A DNA stretch of 64,000 nt. It comes from Octopus vulgaris (taxonomy: Eukaryota). The stretch spans positions 50,282,001 through 50,346,000 of the forward strand of contig OX597816.1 of NCBI GenBank assembly GCA_951406725.2, read 5' to 3'. Every line of letters starts with the position of its first letter. Positions within the stretch are counted from its first letter, which is position 1. The position numbers and the translations under genes were made by a program. Below are positions 15,472 through 31,761 of this stretch, in pieces. The notes below the pieces were generated by a model, which ran no database searches, was not told the DNA's origin, and saw only the letters and a program-made list of their open reading frames with translations.

Positions 15472-16252
15472 GTACATTCATACGCTTACACACTCACATA
15501 TAGAATGTGTATATGTGTATCTATATGTGTATTTATATATGTGTGTGTCGTCGCGCATTTATTTATATTTATATTTATATTATATTCATATTTTATATTC
15601 CTATTGCGATAAAATTTGTAGAGGCCATGTAAATTTCAGGTCCTCCTTGACCAGTGAGGTTGAAGATTTTACTGTTGCATCCGAGACATTATAAATCAAA
15701 ATCCATTTGGGAGATATCAAAAATAAATAAATTCCGGAATACCGAGGTTCTGGAGAAGAATATTAAGAGTAAGAATATCAAGTGTAAGAATATTAAGAGG
15801 AAAGATAGAAAGCAGATTGCCTTATTACCGTTGGCAACACTGAATCAGTTCAGCACAGTAGCGGTGTATAAATGAAAACACAGGAATTAACACTTGTATG
15901 TAAGAAGCTCCATCTTGTCTTTAAAAGACATTATAGTTATCACTCACTTTTTTGGGGCTCTGATTGGAACGGCCTATCATTCGGTGCTGATCTCAACTCG
16001 TTAAAGACGCCTTTTCTCCCAAATAGATAGCTGTATATATTGAAGCCGGTGATTTTCACGTCTCTGATGCTTTCTCAATATGCACACAACTATCTATCCA
16101 TCCACCCATCCTTCAAGCTACACACACACACACACACAGATCACACAAATATGTATATATATATATATATACTCACACACATACACACAAATATATCTAT
16201 ACATATATGTATGTATTTTAGCACGCATGCACGTATGTGTGTGTATACATGC

Positions 16253-16302
<50 letters not shown>

Positions 16303-16489
16303 ATGTATGTGTGTGTGTATTTTGGTATGCATGCACGTATGTTTATATATGTAAATATATACATACATATATATGTGTATATATATATATATATATATGC
16401 ACAGATATAGCCTGATAATTATACATTTAGATATATAGATGAATACACACACACACATACACACACACACACGCTCATATCTTTATATA

Positions 16490-17733
16490 CAGGGTGTCTC
16501 AAAAATTGTACACACAATTTAGCAGCTGATAACTCAATTAATGTTTTGCTTTCTTTCCTGATGAAACCAATTGTAATTAATGATGGCCTTCCGAATAAAG
16601 GATATTAATTCTCAATTGCTACTGGAAGTGTGAAAATGCAGTTGAAGTGCAAAGACAGTTTAGGAAGGAGTTTCAAACAGATCCACCAATGCAATTCACC
16701 ATCACTTGAATTAGAGATAAGTTTGAAACCGATGGAACTGTTCAGATGACCACGAACATCAGCAATGCCAACAAAACAAGGAGTACTGGAAACGAATCAC
16801 CAAAAGTCCAACAAAATCTGTGCATCAAGCGAGGTAGGAGGTGGGTATTCCAAAATCGTCTGTCCAACGCATTTTGATGAATTATCAATGGAAAAGTTAC
16901 GTTTCATGATTAGCCCATGCTATTAATTATGATGATCCAGACCGAAGAGTACAGCATTACGAGTGGTACTTGGTGCGATGTGTAAAAGAGTCACTCTTTC
17001 CAACAAAGATTGTGTGGAGTGATGAGGCCACATTCAAATTAAGTGTTTCAATTAACCGCCACAATTGCACCTAGTGGGAACCTGAGTATCCGCAAGTTAT
17101 GGTGAAACAACATGTTAATTTAGCATAAGTTGCAGTGTGGTGTGGCTTATAATCAAGAGGATTAATGGACCATTCATGTTTGACGCTATTGTGAATGGTC
17201 CCATTTATTTGAACTTGCTGCAACAGTGTGCCATGCCAAGCATTAGAGAAGACTTTGAAGATGAGGAATTTTATTTTCAGCAAGATGTGCAACCACACTA
17301 CCATCGCGATGTTAGATCCTTCCTTGATGAGATCTTGCCAAACAGGTGAATTGGACGAAGGTGGTTCATTGAATACCCTCCACGTTCACACCACTAGACA
17401 TTTTTGTTGGAGATACCTAAGAGAAACCTGCAACAGTCGCTGATTTGAGAGCCGTCATTCAACAAGAATGCACACAAATATCAAACAAATTGTTTCATGA
17501 TATTTGCGACTCCATTTCTTCGCATTGTCAGCAGTACCTGGACCAGGATGGACGTTAGTTTGAAAACAGGCATTGACAAAACAATTAAATAATGTCTGTA
17601 AATTCTATTAAATTGTGAAAATAAAATGTACTTTAATATATATATATATATATATATATACAGGGTGTTAAGCAGTGTGTCCCCGAAAAACATGTACACA
17701 CTTCAAATAATTGTAAGGTAGGTGTTTATTAAA

Positions 17734-17739
<6 letters not shown>
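16490..17739 (+). mobile_element. Decayed Tc1/mariner transposon (rosa/DD41D-like)
   Basis: TA-CAGGGTGTC terminus; transposase remnants [47 protein letters not shown] with stops and frameshifts. Confidence 0.88.
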
Positions 17740-17788
<49 letters not shown>

Positions 17789-17796
17789 TACATATA

Positions 17797-17846
<50 letters not shown>

Positions 17847-17996
17847 AACATACACATATATACATATATATTTATATATATATATATATATATATGTAAA
17901 AAAATACAAACTGGGACAAGAACGCAAAATATTTAGAAGACGATACAAAAACACGGACGGGACAATCGAAGCCTTCAATATATATACCTATATATG

Positions 17997-18067
<71 letters not shown>

Positions 18068-18689
18068 ATATAAATATATATATATCTGTACATATGTGTA
18101 TATATCTATAGCTATCTATCGATCTATTTATATACATTTTTGGGTGTGTATTGTATGTTTGTGTTTATTCCATGAGAGAAAACAACGGCGATGAAGTTCC
18201 AACCCGTTTATGAAACTGTTTTAATTCGTTTATATATTTACGATTTCTGGTAATAATATTAATGTAAACATTGTGATCCTGTCTACTGGAAGTTACGTAA
18301 AACCAAGAAAACCTATATCAGTTGTTTGTTTTAAATACTTCTCATGTTGAGTTGTATGCGTTTGTTTTGAAGTAGATCAGCAAAAACATCTAATTATACT
18401 GAATTAGTTGATGCGCTATTGTAGTATTCACTAACTTTTACCGTGTTATTGATTCTTACCGATAAAATATACTATATCATAGCCACGTAAATGCAGAACA
18501 CATTTTAAACGAATTTCCTTAGATGAAAGATAAATGGTAAATAGCGTTCATTGAACGTTGGCATCAAAGCATTTACCATGTTAACTAAATGTATAAGTGC
18601 CTTTTCAGATGTAAATTAGATGTTAGATGAGTCTATGTTTAGTATTACCATTTCAGACAATGTTAATTCGATTAAGAAATATATTTATC

Positions 18690-18851
<162 letters not shown>

Positions 18852-19198
18852 CATGCACACATACATTCTTTTGTTATATCGTTTTCCTGGTTTTATAAAT
18901 TCTATTGTGATCACGCTGGGTCATGCTATTTCCCCGTTGAGGAAAGTGTTACTTGATTATATCGACCCCAGTCAGCTAGCAACCACATCGATCGTAGAAA
19001 AGAGTTAGAAATAACTAGAGATAGGAGTTAGAGGATTACAATTTGTTTCTAAATTCTTTTTACTAAAAGAAAACTATCTTCTAATTTCTCACATTTTATC
19101 TACAAAAGTATAAGTTAAATAGTACATATATGAGTGTGTATGGGTGTTATGTCTGTATTCGTGAGTTTGTTTCTGTATATTCATAATTACATATCTAC

Positions 19199-19275
19199 AC
19201 ACGCACGCACACACGTACATGTACGCCCACGCACACACGTACATGTACGCCCACGCACACACGTACATGTACGCC
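19199..19275. repeat. 24-bp minisatellite, about 3 copies
   Basis: CACGCACACACGTACATGTACGCC repeated in tandem. Confidence 0.85.
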
Positions 19276-20199
19276 TGCGCACGTATTTCTTGCACGTACT
19301 TCTTGCAAGCATAGTGTGCAACTTAGAGTTACATTACACAAAATTTCAGATTTAAATTTCGAATAGACAACTTGCTTTTGTCTTTCAATGGCCTTAAAGG
19401 AATAATTCAGCTAAAAACCGTCTCTGTAACCCTTCACAGTTTTCTTTTAAATTATCGGGACAGTAATTGTGTTTCCAGGGGCAATTCCTAGATTCTCTCC
19501 TCTCGAAAGTGTGAAGATTTAAGACAAGATCTAAAATTTATGGAAAATTGCAAAACATTAAGTTTTAGAATTGTACAGCAAGCTAATGAATTGAAATATT
19601 TTCACGTTATATGTATCATTCTGACAACCTGTTTTATTTAAAAACACCAACGGTGCTTTTAAATAAAGCAAATCCATCACAATCATACAAAAACAGCTGG
19701 AGTGCATTTCACACGTTCTGGAATATCTTAATTTGGTTGTATCAGTAATGTTGCTTGCGTCGTTTGAAATGTGTTTTAAGATATCAATAAAGACCGGTTT
19801 TTCTAAAGCTCAGATAGCAAGATGTGTGTCTGATATTTAATTAAGAATGCAGCGATTTTATCCTTGTCAATGATACGTTGATAACTTCCATATACTCCAC
19901 CTGAATATTCATAAATACACTTTATTCACCCATCTGCAACTCATGACGTTAACTCTCTCTCTCTCTCTCTCTTTCTCTCACACACACACACATCTTTCCT
20001 ATACAATCTAGCTCTTTTCAGGTTAGCAATTAATCCAAGTTATATGCGGTTAAGGTGAACTTCGTATAATACATATAAAAAAATTCGTAATCCTTTGGTT
20101 AGTGTAGGGGTGAGGGTATTTATATCATGAAACAATTTATTTCCAGAAAAGTAACTTCTCAACGATGAGCAAAATCCTATGAAATTTGTCTACAATAAC

Positions 20200-21415
20200 A
20201 AGGTCAACCAAAAGCGTGGCACTACCCAGGGAAAGACAGATAGCTGCAGAAAAGGGAATCCTGCCAACAAACGGACTGTGTACTACACAAGTCAAATCGT
20301 CACAAAGTGATGACAAGAGGTATGCACGACTGACCAGGAAAAGGATCTCCATGGCAGAACAGCGAGCAGTTGCAACGGGTTAGTGAAGCAACTTCTATGA
20401 AGCAGCTTTCAATTATGATCCAGCACTTCATTATGCAGATGGCACTAGTTTCCATTGGTGCAATGACAACTAAGCGCATACATTGTAAAGCAAAGAAGTA
20501 GTCTAGAGAGACACCCGCACTGTGCTGCACTGGTGGAATGGTTAAGCCGCCTGCAATCCACCAACCTCCAGAGCTATTGGAGAAGCTGTTACCATCAACT
20601 GACCAAGTTTCCAAGCACTTCCAAAACAAAATTAGTAAGTACAATGCTGCACTACAGATGACATCATTTGGAACCACAACAGATATAACTGAGCCAGGAT
20701 TCATGCAAACTTTCAGGGTCAAAGGTCAGATTTATCATCAGTTTGGCTCTCTAGAATCTCTGTCAAATGAATTATAAAAATTCCTTGAAATATATTTTAT
20801 GGATGATTCTCAACAAGAAGGGAAAGAGAACATTGCCAGCATCAAGATGAACATTATAGTGTCTCTACAGAAGATTTTGCATAACACAACCTGATCAGAA
20901 GCTTCAAAACTGCATTTGAAAAAATTCCACCTGGCTCCCTGGATCGGACAAAAACACTTACACGAATAGTAAGTCCATGTCATATACAGAAGTGTAGAAC
21001 CATTCAGTGTTAAGGTGTTACTATTGCACTTTCCGTTTTCGACTGACATGCGTCAATGCATATCTGTGTGTATAAATATGCAACACTAACGTGATATAGT
21101 CATTCTCTTTGTGTGTGTGTGTGTATGCGTGTGTGTGCGCGTGCGAGCGCGTGTGCACTCTATGCACGGCCTTTCATTATTCATAATCTGTAACTGCATT
21201 TTGGTTACAAAATAAGTTAGACAAAAGTGCATTTACTTTATATACATATATGAGTTGAAAACTTTCTTTTCGCATTTCACTTAATGCATGGGTTGCAGAG
21301 TTACGTAGAAAGTTGGTGTCTCAGCTACTAGTAGTTGAGATCTGCGTAATCTACAGGGCGTATTTAAATTTTGTTATTTTCTTTTAAGCCGGGCAACAAC
21401 GGGTATTTCTGCTAG
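20200..21415 (+). mobile_element. Helitron relic (RepHel N-terminal remnant and 3' terminus); start approximate
   Basis: AFNYDP, LCCTGG..PPE.L, SKHF..KI.KYNAALQMTSFG, FRVKGQIYHQFGSL; 3' end CCGGGCAACAACGGG followed by CTAG-T at 21412-21416. Confidence 0.85.
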
Positions 21416-21419
21416 TGTG

Positions 21420-21454
<35 letters not shown>

Positions 21455-21649
21455 ATGTATATATATACATATATATATATATGTGTGTATATATATATGT
21501 GTGTGTATATATATATATACATGTATCGATACAATAATTGTTTCTTGTCAGGAACAAAAAAAGGGTTTGATAGGGCTGCAATAGAAGTGCTCTATTGGAA
21601 GAGACAAAAATATCAAACTATGTATTTGCTTGTTCAATGATTTTAGTTT

Positions 21650-22021
<372 letters not shown>

Positions 22022-22215
22022 TATTGCCCACCGGATGCTCCAAATCACATAGGCAAGTTTGAAGATTGCCTCACAAGAATTAAAGAAATCCTCATGAATC
22101 TGGAACACCACGTGACCATATTTCTTATGGGTGATTTCAACTTCCCCAACGTCAAATGGCCCGAAGGTCACATACTCTCAGGAATGAATCATTGCAAGCA
22201 AGTACAGGTGGAGTC
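22022..22215 (+). mobile_element. LINE APE-endonuclease fragment (CR1/L2-like)
   Basis: Translation [31 protein letters not shown] carries the YRPP and GDFN motifs. Confidence 0.8.
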
Positions 22216-22783
22216 GAAGTTATATCTTGATATCGCCAGTGATAAGAATACTCAAAATATATAACAGACTGGAATTGTAGGCCCGTCTCTTGCAATTCGG
22301 TCAATTGGATCTTGTCTTACCTCTTGTATAGAAGTGTACGGCTGCAGCGAAATTCAGTTCGGGACTTTCTTCTATCGAAGGCATTTTAGCAAAAATGCTT
22401 CCGCAAAGACGTTGAAAATATTGTCAAATTCCCCAAACAGGGACACAATTCAATTTTTAAACAATAACCAAAGCCCCTTCTCCGAAAGGAGAAGGGTTAC
22501 GGTTTACAATCATTTAACAAATGCAACACAACAACGTTTCCCTGACGAGGAACCAACAAATGTGATTACAATAGTCAAACAGTAATAATAATAACAACAA
22601 ACCTTTTTAACTTATCCCCATTTATGTGAAACCACTTATTCAAGTTCAAGTCATTGATGCAATGTTATACGAATTGCTAATACATACACACACACATAAT
22701 AAGGGTGAAAAGTTGAATATTAATTTGATTAATATGAATTGAAAACCAGTGGTGTAGCATATAAGACCATAGCGGATCTTTTT

Positions 22784-23111
22784 CTAGCAAAATAGACGAC
22801 CTCTCTTAATGGTTCATCCCTGTAATATAATACTTTCACTTTAATAGTTTCAGTATTAAAGTAAATGTCTGCATTACAATAGAGAGATGTTTTTGTTTCA
22901 CCTTTAACACGTAATACTGAAATAGTGGAGAAGGCATGATATTGCTGTGGGGTCGCCCTAGGGAAAAAGTTATTTTTTCTTGCCGATGACACTCCCCGGG
23001 CTTTAAGTAAGGCATGTGTAAAATTTGAATGAAATTGGTTGTGTAGTTCTGAAGTTTTAGGGAATCACACACACAGACAGACACACATTCTCAGATTTAT
23101 ATATAGAGAGA
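22784..23111 (-). mobile_element. Non-autonomous Helitron
   Basis: Minus strand starts A|TCTCTCTATATATAAA..GTCTGTCTGT..AACTACACAACCAATTTC..AAATTTTACACA and ends TTTTGCTAG. Confidence 0.7.
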
Positions 23112-23628
23112 TAATATATATTATGTGTGTGTGGTTTGTTACAATTGCAGTTAAGTCTATAATGAATAGATGTGAAATATGCACTGATTTATCTTGACTA
23201 TATATCTATAAAATCCATAGAATACATTAGCAAATACAAATTGTACTATGCTTTTGAATGAGGACGGATATTATATATTTTAACGTTCGCCATTTAGATA
23301 AACATGAATATAGATAACATTTCAGAAATCAAATCTGATCCTAGTAATCATAATTAAATAATTTGGAAACTTTTCAAACGTTTGAAGTATATTTGCATTA
23401 TTTAGAATTTTTGGCATAAAAATACAATATATTAATGTAAAATTTCACAAGTAATGAGGTATTTTCGGCTGTTATTAATAAACTTCTCTCATTTAGTATT
23501 TATATGTAAACACATGAATATATATATATATATGTGTGTGTCTGAGATTTTGGGTGTGTGTGGCTGTGAATGTGTACGTGTGTGTGTGTCCATGTATATA
23601 TATGTATATGTATATATATATATGTATA

Positions 23629-23697
<69 letters not shown>

Positions 23698-24155
23698 CTA
23701 CACACATACATACACTCTCGCACACACAAACATTAGTATATGTGTATGTATATGTGTATGAAAGACCAAACGCATTTCATTTGGCTTTAATTCAGTTAAT
23801 AATTAATGTTGCGGAAGGGAATAAGTAGAGAAGGTATTTTAATTCTCCTCCAATTCCACTGTGATGATAGTATTTGAATTAATGAGTTTGCTGATGGCAA
23901 TATCAAGTTAATTTATATTAATATTTATTGCATTTTACTGTTATCAATCCACATATTTGTCTACGTAACATTTTAGTCTTTTGAATTAATCGATGATTTT
24001 TAAAATTCTTTTATTGTTTTCTGTTATTAAATTTCTGCGAAAGTTTGAGAATTTTTCCCTTGTACCTTTCAGAGAAATTTTCATTAGCATAAATAACGTT
24101 CATTTTCATTACGATTATAATTTCATATGTGTGTGTGTGTATATATATTTATATA

Positions 24156-24216
<61 letters not shown>

Positions 24217-24299
24217 TTATATATATATGTCTGTGTGTATATATATATATATATATATGCGTGTGTGTATGTATATATATATGTGTGTGTGTGTGTATG

Positions 24300-24333
<34 letters not shown>

Positions 24334-24769
24334 CGTATATATATATATATGTGTGTGTGTGTGTAAATACATACATATGTATGCATGTATATAAATTCTG
24401 AGATGTAAGATTTTACAAGATAATGACTGGTCAATCACAATTTCTTACTCATCATCATCCGTAGCCGTGACTTAGTATGCTTAGTATGCATCTGTAAATT
24501 GTAGTAATGTTTATAAATAATAGTAAGAAAGACAATAACGACGAGAACAGTAACAACAAAAGTATAAATAAAAACACTAATTATAATTGTTCAATAGCAT
24601 GTCAGTCTATTACTTATAAAACCCTCACATTTGTTACTTTCAAATGTGTTATTATCTGAGAAACAACGTTTTTCCAGAAGGTATACCGAAGGGTGATGTA
24701 AGGTGGTAAATAGCAGCTGGGGGTGAATCGAGCCGTTATATGAGAGTGTAAAGAGGACAAAAAAATAAT

Positions 24770-25800
24770 AAACTTTCTTACGGCCAGGATTGACCACCAG
24801 AAGGTGTTCGACAGCGTTTCGCTCTCATGGATACTGACATCTTTCGACATAAATTAAGACACACCAGGAGTACTAAAATATATAATCAGTGACACACTAC
24901 AAAACCAGTATAATATTGAATGATTAGTAAACAACGTTAATACCTGCCCTACACCCACAAGAGGAGGACTTTTCCAAGGAGACACGCTACCTCTCACTGA
25001 TTTTCTACTGAAAAACATGTTGACTGAAATGACTGTGTATTACAGATGTTGTATTTCCTATATATAGATGGATTAATTGTTCCTTTTTTTACTAAGAATA
25101 TCACTGAACATGTAAACCTAGAAACTGTCCATTCTTTTAGCAAAGACATCAGGATAAGAATGTCGACCAATGTGCCAAAATGACATTGAAAAAAAAAGCC
25201 ATTGAGTCAGGCACTAAAAACACTGCACTCAGCACCGACGTTGAAACCAGAGAATTATACCACGATCTCCCATACAAATATCATTGAATAAACGAAAAAG
25301 CTTAAATACAACGCAGAAATGATGAAATAAATGAGGAAATGTTCCAGGAACGTAAGCTAGCCATATCCTACTGCTTCAGCATAATAAACTGGAAGATTGG
25401 CAATTTGAGAAACTTAGCAATGAAAACTAGCAAAATATTAACAGCTTATCGAAGTCACTTAGCCGCGACAGAATATACATACATAGAAAGAGAACTGACA
25501 TAGATAGACAACGTCTATAAATTAGCAACAATTGGACTAGAGAAATACATAAAACAAGATGTTGGCCACTATTACATGTCATAAAGCAACATAAAAACTA
25601 TAAAACACTTTTCTCTGTCAACTAGGAATCTATAATTTAGAAGACAGATATAAACTACAAAGTGGACGCAGATGACAACACATGTGAAATTATTAAAGAG
25701 ATAAAGACAACATGACAACAGAATTACAAATTATACTCAAGAAGAAATGTAGAGAACTATTAGCCCATGCCCAATATCCTACAAGGCTTGGGAGAAAAGT
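24770..25800 (+). mobile_element. Highly decayed R4/Dong-like non-LTR RT
   Basis: Remnants ARIDHQKVFDSVSLSWI, RGGLFQGDTL, TVHSFSKDI, YKY and IINW..L..L..KT.K.LT, broken by many stops. Confidence 0.75.
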
Positions 25801-28800
25801 GAGCGTAGGTGGAATTCTACTATGGCTGAATGTTATTAGGCAAAAAAAAATACAATACAAACATTAATACGTCAAAAGACTCAAGCTAAAGACTGGAAGC
25901 AATACCCCCGCTTTAGCTAAGGAGTAGGTAATAATAACAACGTCGAAAATACTAATAACTTATTGAAAATAAATCGATTTTATAACTATTAGAAAACGTT
26001 TAAAACACCGTTTGTAAATTTATTTATATAATATCGACATTTTATGATTATATTTCCTCGTTTAATAAATTGCATTTCTTTAAATGAGTATTACTTGCTG
26101 TTTTGATAAAAACGAATTTCCAAGTTTGTACATGGTTGTACATTGCTAATCAAGGGCTAAGGGCCCTAGGATTTACTTCCCTGTAAAGCCAACACTGGCA
26201 TGAAATGTATTTAATTTTCTCTCACAAATGGTAATCTGTTTTAAGACCTCACGAAAAATGAATGCACTGAAGTCAATTTTACAAATTATTATCTGATGAA
26301 AATAGTGATGATCGTGATCATGGTGATCATGATGGTAGTCTTCATGATGACGACGACGATGAAGAGGATGTTGACGATGATGATAATGAAGATACAAACA
26401 TATGTATATATATTTATATTTGCGTATATATATGTATATATATATATATACAGATATATATATATATATATACACACATATATACACACAGATATATATA
26501 TGTATATATATATATATAGATATATATATATAGATATATATATATATGTATGTATGTATGTATATATGTATATATATATATATACTGAGAGGAAACCGAA
26601 AAACACACGTACACACGCGCACACGCATATATGAACAGGGATTCACACACATTTGCAATGTCACACATTTCTATCTGTTCATGTATGTAAGCAACTGTGC
26701 ACACGTATGTATATCTATTTTGTATAGGAAAATTTAGTGTTGCAAATTAATTTATATGATTTTTCAGTGAAGATAAAAGACTGTTGTAGCTTCACAAAGA
26801 GAAATATTAACTTTGAACGCACTCCGCATTAATTTATTGATGCTACACAACTTTTGTCCCTTTGTTAGTTTTTGAACATGATATATAAACAAAGGTAATC
26901 ATCATTGCTTTTAAAGTTGCGTATAACGGATGTATTTGTATCATTTATGGAAATTAAAATAATAATTACTTCAAGCATTTTTTTAAAAATCTATTTTTGG
27001 CAAAAAGTGGACTTGTTCTAATTGTAAAGGAAATATGAGTATAATACATAACCAATATAGCAATAACGTTTTGTAATTCAAGTACAGAAATCTTCAATAA
27101 GTGTTTCCTGTTTTTTTTTCTTTATTTTTGTCTGTTTTTTTTTTTTTCTGGAGTAATTGCTTCGTTATTGTCAAGCACAGAACAACTAGCAGAAGAGAAA
27201 CGAACAGTGTTCCAGCCCCGATCTTCTGGTGTTTTAATGAACTGAAGTATATTCCTGACCAATAAAATCGAATAAGTTTTAGTGCCTTTCGTTGTTATAA
27301 CCAGCATGTTACACAAACGAGTAAAATACTCTGCCTGCTTATCATCCTGATACTTTGTCTGTTTGACTCTCTCCTTCTCTGTCTCTGTCTCTCACATTCT
27401 AGTTTATTGCACACTAATTTACTTATATTTCTATTGAAGAAGGCTTCACGTAGTTGTTTTTTAAAGATATGTGGAATCATAATTCCAATTGAGGATTAGT
27501 CAATCCTATATCATCTTAGGTGAACAACGGTTTACCACCAATGACACTGTTCTGCTGAATAGACACTAGTCATGTATGTATGAAAGTAATTGTAGATTAT
27601 ACATTGTTTACAACATTTCTACTTCCCTACTTATTGTACGCAACGTAATAATGAGTATCTTTATTCTACGTGTCCGATTTAATTGTACACGTATGTCTGT
27701 AAGAGATGTGTATTTTTGCGTCGATAGCATTTGCAGAACACTACTACTCTCATTCACTTTATGACGTGACATTCAAAACAACATAACCACTAAATACATA
27801 TTTGAATTACTGAGCATATATGAACTTTGAGAGTTGAATTTGAGAGTTGGAAAACAATTAAGCAGCAATGATTTATATTTCACAATATGTGAATATTTGT
27901 AAGTTGATTAAAAGATCTAAGTAGATGTTTTATTCATAGCTAGAGTAAATCATATCCCTCAAATCATTAAACTTCTAAAACTTTAAGTTTACTACCACTT
28001 GCGTAACGACGTTTAGTAGAAGTAGTATCCACCTCGTAGATGTCGTAGACACAACGAATAATCTATATGTCTTATGAAAGGAATTCGACATAGTAAGTTA
28101 GAAACCTCTTGTGTTAATATCGTGGTGACATATCAGGCTTTTTATAGCAGCCTTTGATTCTTTCGGCACAATAGCCTGAAGACCTATACGTACCACTGTA
28201 TGAAAATGCATACTGTGCGTAGGAATTGAAGCAGAATAGTTATCTACGTCAGCTATAAGATTTAAATTTCTTATTTTGATGAAAATAAGGAAAAGCCAAT
28301 AACAAAAATAAGTATATGAAAGAAAAAAGATTTTAGTGGACATTCCTATCAATGTGTTGCATAGCACAGCAATGTGAAACATAATCCTTCACTAGGACTG
28401 GATTTTACTGAAGGGAAACCGTATAAAAAAATATGTAATGTTGATTCCGTAAGCTTTATATTTAAAATTTCCGTACTTTTGGTTTTGATTTGAATTATGC
28501 TTATTGAGAAGAGATTTACCTGGTAGATCCAAGGCAACATTGACTTTAAAAGTAATGGCTTTCTGTAACAAGTGAAACTTCAAAGTAGGATTTGTTGCGT
28601 TTGCAAATTCATCATAGTAACAACATAACAACATATATTATAAAAGTACATGCTAATGCTATGTGCTGATTACGCGATTTGATTCTGAGTTTAGTTTTGT
28701 AAGGGAAAATACAATAACGAAAATACGTATATAAATGCAAATGCAAGCATATTTGTGTATGGGTGTATTTTCAAATTTCATAAAGGATTTCTTAGGCGAC

Positions 28801-29606
28801 GAGTAGAAGCGAAATGTAAAACAAAGTATGAAATAAAATAGAAAGTAAAATAAAATATATATAAATACAAATATTTATATATGCGTTCATATGTTGCATG
28901 CAAGTTGAAACTGAAGTCCAACTGCAAGCTACGACATGTCTTGTACTTAGTGGCTGCTCTAAACTTGTTTCTGCTTGATCCATTGATTCGCAATTGTTCA
29001 TGTGAAAACAAAACATTTATCAAGTGTCGCATCGATATATGGCGTTGGTGCAATGTCTCAACAATAACGCAATGAGATATTGACAATTCAAAATACAATG
29101 AAACTACTATGGTAGTGAGTACGTGTAGTGCACGTATGTTAGGGGTATCAAATTGATTTGTAAGACATCGGTAATATTGACTTAACTTATCCTAGGGAGT
29201 GTATATTCAATAGCATATGTGCCATGTGAATACATAACAGCAAATATATCAACGGTTAGATATGGACTTGCACAGGCCATTTCACTTGGTCTGCCTGCTT
29301 TTTATTTAATCGCTTTCGAGCTCAGACAGTATTAAGTTGAGATTCCAGTAGAGCAATTTATTGAACTGACTCGTAAGGTGGGCCCGTGGTTTGTCACTGA
29401 TTATAAGGTGAATGTTATAACGGTAATGCTTTTGAGGTAGGAGGGACATTGGGCATATATTTGTAGCAGTGAGCGTCAATGAATTTACACCGGTTTCTAG
29501 TAAATAACAGTTAAAATTATCGCAAGTCACAGCTGATCGTCTTAAAATCCTGAATGAGTTGATTGATAATGTAGACGTAGTCAAATGATGCTTAAAAACT
29601 AGGATA

Positions 29607-30080
<474 letters not shown>

Positions 30081-31761
30081 AGATAGATGAATCCATGACA
30101 GCTGTGAAATCTCAGCTGATACTTTTATTTGAAAATATCTGACACAAGGCATATCGTTGTCAACATCAAATAATATTTAGATTGAGTTCACTATTGCAAA
30201 CCAGCGAAAACAGCTGGAAACATAGAAAGAACGAGATTTGTATTAGCCTGCAGATCTCAAAAGAAATTGTATCCCTTAATGTATACATGTACACAACCAT
30301 TTGATACCTCCCTTCTTCGAACGTATTTTTATTTCTAAATTAATAATATAAATCTTTTTTTATGAATTATTACTTAATCACGTCACCAAATTTATCACTA
30401 GGAGTTTGCGATAAATGAGGCTTAATAGATTTAAAAAGCGGTCAAATTACACGGGAATTTCATCCAGAGCCTCAGTTTGAAATATGATGTTCTCCTGCCA
30501 GTAACATATACTTTTGCATCGGTGCACACGAGTAAGTGCTCATGCATATATATTTCATTCAATAAATATAAATCTTGAAATTCCTGATGTATGATAGTTT
30601 TGTAAATTAACAATGTTTGTAATATATATATTTCTCGGCCATGTCTACAAAAACCAGCCATATGTATCCACATGATTCATTCATTCAAAATGTATTCTGT
30701 TATTGACTTTCTAATTGTTGTAATTCATTGCTGCTTTTAAATTTTCCAAAAAAAGATGTTAGTAAATGTAATGTCCCATGTTATTCGCGACAGAAACGTC
30801 ATTGTGTTGTTGCAAGAGTTTATCCAGCTTGCTAAAAGTAGATGGATATTTCACAGTTGTACTTTCTAGAGATATGTCTTCGAGGTACTTTGTCGCGATT
30901 TTTGCCATTATTTGCTATAATATTTAACACATAACCATAGGTTGTATGTGTTCGTAAATTCCATTAACATCAATTTCTTAATTAACTTGAGCACAACATC
31001 CGAATCTTTAATTAGTATTTTAGCATGTCATGGATTCTCTTGTAATTTACAAAACTGAAACTGACAGCCTCAGTTCGAAACATTGGAACTACTTCAAAAC
31101 AGTCTTATAAATAGACAGTCACGTAGGCGTTAAAGCAAATTAAGTTTTGTCGGTACTCTCTACACAAGATCTAACCATATTCAGGGAATCTTCAACATAT
31201 ATTACAACAGTGAAATGTAGTGCCACACTTTGCAGATGCTTCACAACAGATGGACTTGTGCATCAATGGCTAGAAAAATTAATAAGTACATATAAAATAT
31301 GTCATACCTATGAAGAAAGGCTTTTAAGAAGAATCTAAAATAACCTTAATGGATAGACTACAGGAATATCAAAATGTTTTAAAGAGAGAAAAGATATTGA
31401 AAATTTTAACTACTGAACAGATTTAACACAGAAATGTCAAATAGCGCTATGGAATTATATGCAATTAATTCATACAGGAACACGTTGTCTAATTAAAATA
31501 TCAATGCAGCAATGAATAAAGGATCAGAAACCGAATTAGTGCTTACATCAGCTTATGGTTTCTTTTTCTTTTCTTTTTTCTAGAAAATGCCTAAAATTCT
31601 GGCATTAGTACCTAGAGGTAAAGAGTGCTAAGAAATATAGATTAGAGATTAAGACTCCCGTGTCGAGTCCAACTTTATTTTATGTACACATAATAGAATA
31701 AAACAAGGTGTAGATATGATAAAGTAAATGTTAACATTTATTTTTAAATAGGACATCCTTA

